DNA of 64,000 nucleotides from Paragordius varius (taxonomy: Eukaryota; Animalia; Nematomorpha), in assembly GCA_964247055.1 (NCBI GenBank), contig OZ176054.1:7502001-7566000 (forward strand). The letters are read 5' to 3'. Shown here in pieces: positions 52,647 to 64,000 of this stretch. Each line of letters starts with the position of its first letter. Positions within the stretch are counted from its first letter, which is position 1. The position numbers were made by a program, and so were the translations under genes. The notes beneath the pieces were generated by a model. That model was not told the DNA's origin, searched no databases, and was given only the letters and a program-made list of their open reading frames with translations.

Positions 52647-53333
52647 CCATTTATTCTAATTCACCCTTGAACAATTCAAATTCACCCTCGAATACAAATT
52701 CACCCTAAAAACAAATGTGTTTTCCGATTAATATAACTCATTATTAATATAAAATATATCTTTATGGCTTAGTTTGTTATTTTTTCAGTATTATAATCAG
52801 TGACCGAGCATATGAGGCGCCCGGGGCATAAAACTTTTATGGCGCCCCTCTCCCCTTTTTTTAAAAAGCCAATAAAACAATTTCGTAAAAAAAATACAAA
52901 CGTGGTAACCTAATCACCATAGATAAGACAGCACAGTCATATAAATTTTAAATCTATTAAATATATATATTTATATTATACTAAATTTATTCAATGGTAC
53001 TAATTAGGTGAATAATAGAGTTATTATAGGGATTATTACCTACATTTGAAAGTTCTTATTATTTTTGCATAGTTAAAATTTAATTTTAAAAAATGATTTA
53101 GGCGCCCCTAAATATAGGCGCCCGGGGCATGATGCACCCCCTTGCCCCCCCCTCGGTACGCCTCTGATTATAATTTTAAACAAAATTTCATTTTTAAATA
53201 TAAAAAAATATAGCTATTATTTAATCTTAGAAAAACAAATAATTTATTTAAGGGTAAATTTGAATTGTTCGAGGGTGAATTTGAATTGTTCAAGGGAGAA
53301 TTTGAATTGTTCAAGGATGAATTTGAAGTGTGG
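52647..53333. mobile_element. Foldback-type MITE (21-bp GGGTGAATTTGAATTGTTCAA family) interrupted by a hAT MITE
   Basis: TA-CCA...TGG-TA ends; body homologous to 33315-33619 apart from the insert. Confidence 0.75.
52798..53166. mobile_element. hAT-type MITE with an 8-bp target-site duplication
   Basis: ATTATAAT at 52790-52797 and 53167-53174 flanks CAGTGACCGAG...CTCGGTACGCCTCTG; internal GGCGCCCGGGGCA motifs. Confidence 0.85.
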
Positions 53334-53985
53334 TATATATATTTAGAATATTTTATCTATTAATTCATCGTCGGTAGTAAGGCAAGTTTAAACGGCTAAA
53401 TATATTTATGTATATGATACCAAATTTAAAATACATTACATCTCCTTCCATATATCTCCACAATGTGTGAAAATCAATGAGTTGGTTATATGTGATTGCG
53501 TGCATTTGTAAATTGTCCATAACTGGAACCAATTCTAAAACTACGTTCCAAACCGCTCTCTCCTGATGTTTTTCTACATATATTTTACGATCGGAGAGTC
53601 GAGTGGCCCTAAGAAAATAAAATAATAATGTATTTATTGATAAACCAGCTACTGTTGGACAAATTTTTTAACCAGGTGTGATGTGTTGAACATAAATCTG
53701 TATATAAATAATCAGAGTTACCTATTTGATGGCGGGCGTCTTTTCGATTTATCAAGGAAAATATAAAAACAAATATCAATACAATTATCCGATACATAAT
53801 TGAAATATATTATTTGATTTAAAATGAATAATAACCTTTCAATTATTTGACATCAGCACGTAGTACATACAAAGTATGTGGATGATATAAAATTTAAATT
53901 TAATATTTCAAAAAGGTTTAACCTTTATAGTGGCAACACACTTGAAAACACCAGGATCAACAGCCTCCATATTTGCAAAACATTA

Positions 53986-54178
53986 CAGTATGAGTAAGTA
54001 TACATTGCTAGAAAGTATTAATTATTGCCAAGTAGTAAATACAACAAAGGGCAGTATTATTGGCTAATAATAGTAAGAAGTGAAAAAAATAACTATAAGC
54101 CAATAATACTGCCCTTTGTTGTATTTACTATTTGGCAATAATTAATAACTTTTTAACAATATATACTTACTCATACTG
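53986..54178. mobile_element. Near-perfect hairpin MITE (TA-CAGTATGAG ends)
   Basis: Arms of about 80 bp (CAGTATGAGTAAGTATA...AAATACAACAAAGGGCAGTATTATTGGCT) are almost exactly inverted around a short loop, with TA on both flanks. Confidence 0.8.
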
Positions 54179-56612
54179 TAAATTGTTTTAATTTTTATAT
54201 GTGCTTTTGTAATGTAAAAAACGCTTCTTTTGTTTGTGCCCAAATAGGGTATACCCCCCTACTATTGTTGTCTGTAGGATGATAAATCTATATCTCCGTT
54301 GTATTTTTAATACAGGGGTGTCCAACATAAATATCTTCGCGGGCTGCTTTGATAATTTTTGGTGTTTTATCTATTTTAGGCCCAATTTTAAATATATTTC
54401 TGAATAATCGTAATTTTAATTGAAATCCAATTTTTTATCTTTTTTATCATTTTTTATGGCACTTTAAGTAACAATGCGTGTAAGACATCTCTGTTTTGAT
54501 ATGTCCTAATGCTAATTTTTCTGGCTATATTTTATTTTATTTTAATGTATATCATTTATGAATTCTAACATATTGTTTTAGTTATCTCTACTAAGCCAGA
54601 TATATATGTGATCAAGCAGACTCGGATTCATACTTGTTTATTGTAGATCCTTATATTTTTGGTATTATATTATTAATAAATTTAATAAATTTTTAATTTT
54701 GTATTCATATTTGTATTGTATAATTAGAATCGGTTCGGCAATAATTGGACTGATCGCTTATGAATGTAATCATTGAAATTCATAAGAAGTCAATTCATAT
54801 CATAAAAATATGTTACATTAATAAATAACTTAAAACTAACCAATAAAATCGGTTTAAATATTGATCATAAAAAAATAATAATAATTTCAAAATCTGCTTA
54901 TATTAAATACTATTTTACCATTATTTTGTTTGTATTATATATTATATAAAAAATATTTAAAATATTTTGACTGATTAATTTTGAAATTGGTCTCGTTTAA
55001 CACTTTTTTGAAATCGCGAAACCTAACCGTACAACCCGAATTTTAGAACAGTTTACTATTTATTGAACCTTCGAAACATTAATGTAGTTTTAAAAATTGT
55101 AAGGCAGAATTTCTATGACTGTATTAATTGACATATATATAATTATGGAAATAATGCCATTAATTCATTTATTGCAGTATGTCATATGGTTATGATTGTA
55201 GCGTCTAAAATCTGAGGATGGACTGTTTTAACGCATATTAACATAGATGGTAATGTAATTACTATAGTGTTATGGTTAATAGTTATAAATGTCCAAACAA
55301 CCATGATTGATATTATTTGATTGGTAAAAAGTAATAATTGATTGTTGTAAATACCCACACGGTGGTCACAAAAAATATCATGATGATAAATTCTGATAGG
55401 AAAATAATATATCATAATTATCATGGCGTTTTTGACCCTTGCGAATAGTTTAACAAAGTAATTTACACCTTTGTGGTAACTGCTCCATATCAAAAAATGG
55501 AAAATGCGCACATTTTGTTGTATATATATACATTTTTTTTGGGCAAAAGCTATTAATTCAAAAAAATTCACTAAAATATTTTATACTACTACTAAATGCC
55601 AAGCAATATTTTTATAATCTTATATTTTAGACGCGAGCTCCGAAAGCTCCAAAAAAATTTGTCCTTCTAAAATGGGCTAGTTTTCTTAAAATAAACGCAA
55701 ATTGCTGAGATTGGGCGATAAAAATTTTAAATTTACGTTAAATTTTGACATCCAAAACAGGTTTTTCCGAAAAAAATGGATGTTTTGCGGGAATAATTTA
55801 TCGCAAAATTTTGATCAAAGGCCATTTTCTGGTATTTTGAATGAAGTTAACGGTATAAAAACTTTTTATATACTTTCAAAACACTTTTTTTATATGATTA
55901 TGCTAAACATTTCTATTGACTCAGAAATTTAATTTAGTTTACTTACAATCTCCAATCTGAATATATACTCAGACAGATCAGCTTACAGAAAATTTGTCCA
56001 CAAAGTCCAGCAAAAAGTTGAATGTTAACTACGCTGTCATTCATTCTTTTAAATTAGGGCAATTTGTAAAAAACAATTTATAGACATAAATTTTAAGATG
56101 AACAAATATTTTAATCTAAATTCATAGGTGATAGAATTTTTAGCATCCTGGAAATATATTGAAAATGTGATTATACTATGAAAAATGCTTTTATTCTGTT
56201 TCCTCATGCTTCAAAATAGTATGAAGAAGGGTTCAACAATATTTCACTAAAATTCAAATTTTCAAAATATTACAAAAATTTGATTTGATACCATAATCTA
56301 ACGCATTGGTACTCAAACCGCGACCCTGAGAGTACTTTAAATTTGCCCTATGATCATATTGATACTTAAATTATTTTTTTTATTGATGAATTTTTAAAAT
56401 ACACATGAACAAATTTTCGCTTATTTTAATATTAATATATTTTCTTTAGATTTAATTTTGGTAATTTTAATTTTTTAACCAATTTGAAATGAGAAAAAAT
56501 CCCTACATTAAAATGATCACAAAATTTCGGCACACGTTGTTGTTTCTGTATTCTATTTTCTTTTCTATTCTATTTTTTGAAAAAAATACATATTTAAACG
56601 TAAATTCAAATA

Positions 56613-57600
56613 ATGACATCTAATGCTATAAAACGTAAAATATCCGATGAAAATCCCTCAGTTAAAAAAGAATGGGAAGAAAAATTCTTTGTCGTTTTAG
56701 ATAAAAATGTTGTTACCCGTCTTATATGTAAGAACATAATTATAAAAAATACAATAGACATTTTACAATCCATCATGCTCATAAACCAGAAAATCTTGAG
56801 TAAAGAAACGAAAAATATAAAAAGATTAAGGAAATATACCAGAAAGAAAAATCTATTAGGTCTATAGCTTTCTCCCAGGAAAAAGCTGTAACATTAGCTT
56901 CGTATGAAATTGCTATATTTTAGGAATAAATATGAAACCGTTTACTGATTCCCAACTAATAAAAGAATGTCTTATAAATGGTTGCATTATTTTATTTGAT
57001 AAATTCCATAACAAAGATCAAATCATGAGGCAAATTATAAAACTTCAACTTTCTGATTCAACATGTACCCGACGCATTAAAGATATGTCTTATTATATTT
57101 TTAACAATGCATTATTGGCTCTGAAAAACTGCAACTTTAGTATTCTATTCTAGCACGGATATTATTCAACACCTCAATGTGCGCTTTTCGTGGGATTTCG
57201 CAATGACAACATTATCAACGAGGAATATTTAAAATTTTTACCAATGAATAATACCAAAGGAATTAATTTTCTCGAAATAATAATCGGTTTCGATCTGCAC
57301 AGAGCTGTCTCTCTATGATTGGAATAAACAGTTTCGTTCCTCTTTTGAAAAACAATTATAATTTGCAAATTATTTTATCCGTTCACTACTTTATTCATCA
57401 GCAAAACTTGGTTTCGCGTGTAAAAGATGAATCACTCAATTCAGTAACGGTTGTGGATATAGTCAACACATCCGTGGCAGAGAATTCAACCGCCTTAAAT
57501 TTAGAAACTTTCTCAAAGATATCCATGTGAGTTGGATGATATTCTTTTGTCCGCTGTGAGATGGTTAAGCCTAAGCAAAGTATCAAATAAATACTTTGTT
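56613..57600 (+). pseudogene. Degenerate hAT transposase (SPIN/Buster, GTF2IRD2/EPM2AIP1-like)
   Basis: KRKISDEN...EWEEKFF...LIC, KPFTDSQLIKECL, LSDSTCTRRI, STDI..SQCALFV...EEYLKFLPM..TKG, SMIG, HYFIHQQNL, VRWLSL; many stops and frameshifts. Confidence 0.85.
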
Positions 57601-58249
57601 TTCAGACATGAAAATCTTTATGGCCTGTCATGAAGCGTAACCAAATTTGTCAAAAATTATTGGTTAATATCAAAATAAATGTTGTTATCAAAATATTTTA
57701 ATTTTTTAAACTAAATGGTACAAAACGAGTTTTTAGCGGGATTTTGATCCGCAAAAAATTCATTGTGCTGATTTAGAGTATAAAAATGTGCATATGCCCA
57801 AATAGCCATTGAATATTTGCAATTATAAGGTTTATGGGCCTCGAAAAAAAAAATATATTTTATTTGGCCGGTCAAATTATTTTGGTGAGTACCACTGATC
57901 TAACGTATAAGATAACTCCAAGATTAGGGGAAATAAATTTGGGGCTTTCAGAGCGCACATTTAAAAATTAAAATTTTATAAAAAATTTGTTTTGCCTTTT
58001 AATGTAGTTATTGATAGGTTTTGGGCATATATATTGGATTGAAGCAGTTAGCTTTCATCCAAAAAATTTAGTTATTTGATGTAGTTACAACATAAGTAAA
58101 AAGATGTTTCCTAAATCACTCGTAAGATCCAAAGCCAAAAGCATCGATAATCCTGATATATTTATCTATTAGAATATAAATGTTTCATCAAGATAATTTT
58201 TATACCCCTCAATTTTGGGTGCAGTAACAAATAATTTGATTGTTAAAAA

Positions 58250-61200
58250 TTTATGTTAAATGTTGTGAATACTCGTATTATCATGGTAAATATACTTTGA
58301 TTGTAAAAATTGTTGGTACTATCCAAAAAATTAAGGATTAAAATAATATGATTGATAGAAATTTATGGTTGAATGTTGTAAATACCCATACTTTCGTGAA
58401 TGTTATGGTTGAATGTTGTACATACCCATACTTTCATGATTCATATAATTGATTGTTAAAAAGTTATGGTTGAATGTTAGACATACCCAGACTTTCATGG
58501 TTAATATAATTGATTGTTAAAAAGTAATGGTTGAATGTTGTAAATACCCACACTTTCGTCAAAGTTATGGTTGAATGTTGTACATACCAACACTTTCATG
58601 GTTAATATAATTGATTATTAAAAAGTAATGGTTGAAAGTTGTACATACCCACACTTTCATGGTTAATATAATTGATTGTTACAAAGTTATGTTTGTTGTT
58701 ACCCACACTTTCATGGTTAATATAATTGATTGTTAAAAAGTAATGGTTGAATGTTGTAAATACCCATACTTGCGTGAAAGTTATGGTTGAATGTTGTACA
58801 CACCCACACTTTCATGGTTATAATAATTGATTGTTAAAAAGTAATGGTTGAAAGTTGTACATACCCACACTTTCATGGTTATAATAATTGATTGTTAAAA
58901 GGTTATGGTTGAATGTTAGACATACCCAGACTTTCATGGTTAATATAATTGATTGTTAAAAAGTAATGGTTGAATGTTGTAAATACCCATACTTTCGTGA
59001 AAGTTATGGTTGAATGTTGTACATACCAACACTTTCATGGTTAATATAATTGATTATTAAAAATTAATGGTTGAAAGTTGTACATACCCACACTTTCATG
59101 GTTAATATAATTGATTATTAAAAAGTTATGTTTGAATGTTGTACATACCCTCACTATCATGGTTAATATAATTTGATTGTTAATAATTAATGGTATAATG
59201 TTGTACATACCCACACTTTCATGGTTAATATATTTGATTGTAAAAAAGTAATGGTTGAATGTTGTACATACCCTCACTATCATGGTTAATATAATTTGAT
59301 TGTTAAAAAGTAATGGTATAATGTTGTACATACCCACACTTTCATGGTTAATATAATTTGATTGTTAAAAAGTAATGGTTGAATGTTGTATATACCCTCA
59401 CTCTCATGGTTAATATAATTCATTGTTAAAAAGTAATGGTTGAATGTTGTACATACTCACACTATCATGGTTAATATAATTCATTGTTAAAAAGTAATGG
59501 TTGAATGTTGTACATACCCTCACTATCATGGTTAATATAATTTGATTGTTAATAATTAATGGTATAATGTTGTACATACCCACACTTTCATGGTTAATAT
59601 ATTTGATTGTAAAAAAGTAATGGTTGAATGTTGTATATACCCTCACTCTCATGGTTAATATAATTTGATTGTTAAAAAGTAATGGTATTATGTTGTACAT
59701 ACCCTCACTATCATGGTTAATATAATTTGATTGTTAAAAAGTAATGGTTGAATGTTGTACATACCCACACTTTCATGGTTAATATAATTTGATTGTTAAA
59801 AAGTAATGGTTGAATGTTGTATATACCCTCACTCTCATGGTTAATATAATTCATTGTTAAAAAGTAATGGTTGAATGTTGTACATACTCACACTATCATG
59901 GTTAATATAATTCATTGTTAAAAAGTAATGGTTGAATGTTGTACATACCCTCACTTTCATGGTTAATATAATTGATTGATAAAAAGTAATGGTTGAATGT
60001 TGTACATACCCATACTTTCATGGTTAATATAATTGATTGATAAAAAGTAATGGTTGAATGTTGTACATACCCATACTTTCATGGTTAATATAATTGATTG
60101 TTAAAAAGTAATGGTTGAATGTTGTACATACTCACACTATCATGGTTAATATAATTGATTGTTAAAAAGTAATGGTTGAATGTTGTACATACTCACACTA
60201 TCATGGTTATTATAATTGATTGTTAAAAAGTAATGGTTGAATGTTGTACATAGCCACACTATCATGCTTAATATAATTGATTGTTAAAAAGTAATGGTTG
60301 TTTGTTGTACATAGCCACACTATCATGCTTAATATAATTGATTGTTAAAAAGTAATGGTTGAATGTTGTACTTACCCACACTATCATGGTTAATATAATT
60401 GATTGATAAAAAGTAATGGTTGAATGTTGTACATAGCCACACTATCATGCTTAATATAATTGATTGTTAAAAAGTAATGGTTGAATGTTGTACATACCCA
60501 CACTTTCATGGTTAATATAATTGATTGATAAAAAGTAATGGTTGAATGTTGTACATACCCATACTTTCATGGTTAATATAATTGATTGTTAAAAAGTAAT
60601 GGTTGAATGTTGTACATACCCACACTTTCATGGTTAATATAATTGATTGCTAAAAAGTAATGGTTGAATGTTGTACATACCCATACTTTCATGGTTAATA
60701 TAATTGATTGTAAAAAAGTAATGGTTGAATGTTGTACATACCCATACTTTCATGGTTAATATAATTGATTGTTAAAAAGTAATGGTTGAATGTTGTACAT
60801 ACTCACACTATCATGGTTAATATAATTGATTGTTAAAAAGTAATGGTTGAATGTTGTACATACTCACACTATCATGGTTAATATAATTGATTGTTAAAGA
60901 CTTATGAATGAATGTTGTACATACTCACACTATCATGGTTAATATAATTTAATTGTTAAAGACTTATGAATGAATGTTGTACATACTCACACTATCATGG
61001 TTAATATAATTTAATTGTTAAAAAGTAATGGTTGAATGTTGTACATACCCACACTTTAATTGTTAATATAATTGATTGTTAAAAACTTATGGATGAATGT
61101 TGTACATACTCACACTATCATGGTTAATATAATTGATTGTTAAAAAGTAATGGTTGAATGTTGTACATACCCATACTTTCATGGTTAATATAATTGATTG

Positions 61201-64000
61201 ATAAAAAGTAATGGTTGAATGTTGTACATACCCATACTTTCATGGTTAATATAATTGATTGTTAAAAAGTAATGGTTGAATGTTGTACATACTCACACTA
61301 TCATGGTTAATATAATTGATTGTTAAAAAGTAATGGTTGAATGTTGTACATACCTACACTTTCATGGTTAATATAATTGATTGTAAAAAAGTAATGGTTG
61401 AATGTTGTACATACCCATACTTTCATGGTTAATATAATTGATTGATAAAAAGTAATGGTTGAATGTTGTACATACCCATACTTTCATGGTTAATATAATT
61501 GATTGTTAAAAAGTAATGGTTGAATGTTGTACATACTCACACTATCATGGTTAATATAATTGATTGTTAAAAAGTAATGGTTGAATGTTGTACATACTCA
61601 CACTATCATGGTTAATATAATTGATTGTTAAAGACTTATGAATGAATGTTGTACATACTCACACTATCATGGTTAATATAATTTAATTGTTAAAGACTTA
61701 TGAATGAATGTTGTACATACTCACACTATCATGGTTAATATAATTTAATTGTTAAAAAGTAATGGTTGAATGTTGTACATACCCACACTTTAATTGTTAA
61801 TATAATTGATTGTTAAAAACTTATGGATGAATGTTGTACATACTCACACTATCATGGTTAATATAATTGATTGTTAAAAAGTAATGGTTGAATGTTGTAC
61901 ATACCCATACTTTCATGGTTAATATAATTGATTGTTAAAAAGTAATGGTTGAATGTTGTACATACCCATACTTTCATGGTTAATATAATTGATTGTTAAA
62001 AAGTAATGGTTGAATGTTGTACATACTCACACTATCATGGTTAATATAATTGATTGTTAAAAAGTAATGGTTGAATGTTGTACATACTCACACTATCATG
62101 GTTATTATAATTGATTGCTAAAAAGTAATGGTTGAATGTTGTACATACCCATACTTTCATGGTTAATATAATTGATTGCTAAAAAGTAATGGTTGAATGT
62201 TGTACATACCCATACTTTCATGATTAATATAATTGATTGTAAAAAAGTAATGGTTGAATGTTGTACATACCTACACTTTCATGGTTAATATAATTGATTG
62301 TAAAAAAGTAATGGTTGAATGTTGTACATACCCATACTTTCATGGTTAATATAATTGATTGTAAAAAAGTAATGGTTGAATGTTGTACATACCCATACTT
62401 TCATGGTTAATATAATTGATTGTTAAAAAGTAATGGTTGAATGTTGTACATACCCATACTTTCATGGTTAATATAATTGATTGTTAAAAAGTAATGGTTG
62501 AATGTTGTACATACTCACACTATCATGGTTAATATAATTGATTGTTAAAGACTTATGAATGAATGTTGTACATACTCACACTATCATGGTTAATATAATT
62601 TAATTGTTAAAGACTTATGAATGAATGTTGTACATACTCACACTATCATGGTTAATATAATTTAATTGTTAAAAAGTAATGGTTGAATGTTGTACATACC
62701 CACACTTTAATTGTTAATATAATTGATTGTTAAAAACTTATGGATGAATGTTGTACATACTCACACTATCATGGTTAATATAATTGATTGTTAAAAAGTA
62801 ATGGTTGAATGTTGTACATACCCATACTTTCATGGTTAATATAATTGATTGATAAAAAGTAATGGTTGAATGTTGTACATACCCATACTTTCATGGTTAA
62901 TATAATTGATTGTTAAAAAGTAATGGTTGAATGTTGTACATACTCACACTATCATGGTTAATATAATTGATTGTTAAAAAGTAATGGTTGAATGTTGTAC
63001 ATACTCACACTATCATGGTTATTATAATTGATTGTTAAAAAGTAATGGTTGAATGTTGTACATAGCCACACTATCATGCTTAATATAATTGATTGTTAAA
63101 AAGTAATGGTTGAATGTTGTACATAGCCACACTATCATGCTTAATATAATTGATTGTTAAAAAGTAATGGTTGAATGTTGTACTTACCCACACTATCATG
63201 GTTAATATAATTGATTGATAAAAAGTAATGGTTGAATGTTGTACATAGCCACACTATCATGCTTAATATAATTGATTGTTAAAAAGTAATGGTTGAATGT
63301 TGTACATACCCATACTTTCATGGTTAATATAATTGATTGTTAAAAAGTAATGGTTGAATGTTGTACATACCCACACTTTCATGGTTAATATAATTGATTG
63401 CTAAAAAGTAATGGTTGAATGTTGTACATACCCATACTTTCATGGTTAATATAATTGATTGTAAAAAAGTAATGGTTGAATGTTGTACATACCCATACTT
63501 TCATGGTTAATATAATTGATTGTAAAAAAGTAATGGTTGAATGTTGTACATACCCACACTTTCATGGTTAATATAATTGATTGATAAAAAGTAATGGTTG
63601 AATGTTGTACATACCCATACTTTCATGGTTAATATAATTGATTGTTAAAAAGTAATGGTTGAATGTTGTACATACCCACACTTTCATGGTTAATATAATT
63701 GATTGCTAAAAAGTAATGGTTGAATGTTGTACATACCCATACTTTCATGGTTAATATAATTGATTGTAAAAAAGTAATGGTTGAATGTTGTACATACCTA
63801 CACTTTCATGATTAATATAATTGATTGTAAAAAAGTAATGGTTGAATGTTGTACATACCTACACTTTCATGGTTAATATAATTGATTGTTAAAAAGTAAT
63901 GGTTGAATGTTGTACATACCCATACTTTCATGGTTAATATAATTGATTGTAAAAAAGTAATGGTTGAATGTTGTACATACCTACACTTTCATGGTTAATA
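58250..64000. repeat. 61-bp tandem satellite, running off the window end
   Basis: Consensus ATGGTTGAATGTTGTACATACCCACACTTTCATGGTTAATATAATTGATTGTTAAAAAGTA. The pattern shifts one column per 60-nt line, giving a period of 61. There are some 62-bp units, and ~37-bp deleted units near the left edge. Confidence 0.97.

Noticed and set aside
59041-59700. Repetitive minus-strand ORFs in the satellite
   Set aside because: They are by-products of 61/62-bp units shifting frame; the homogeneous array is not frame-preserving.
58250-64000. Link between satellite ATGGTT and MITE ATGGTA ends; satellite as a CRISPR array or telomere
   Set aside because: A five-base match is expected by chance; there are no spacers and no short G-rich telomeric unit.

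Overview
Eukaryotic, very AT-rich (about a quarter GC by eye), intron-containing metazoan DNA; this is not a prokaryotic locus. Six protein-coding genes were rebuilt by hand from GT-AG exons: a 5'-partial aminopeptidase P paralog with an intact frame that has lost most catalytic residues (122-5877, +); ARPC1 (6453-10107, -); a secreted meteorin-family protein (19577-20987, +); a catalytically intact XPNPEP2-like aminopeptidase P (about 31561-39354, +); ATAD1/Msp1 (39622-42578, -); and METTL2 (42621-45337, +). The ATAD1 and METTL2 start codons are only 42 bp apart. Introns are bimodal: 21-35 nt mini-introns and 0.3-2 kb introns, several of which carry transposons. This pattern suggests a reduced parasitic animal such as a myxozoan (inference only). 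Non-genic DNA holds DNA-transposon debris (Mos1-like mariner, IS630/Tc1-like, hAT, piggyBac-like, possible MULE, and TA-CCA-ended foldback MITEs with 21-bp repeats), a truncated 5S rRNA copy, and from about 58.25 kb to the end a 61-bp satellite with higher-order structure. All protein identities come from motif recognition by eye; no database search was run.
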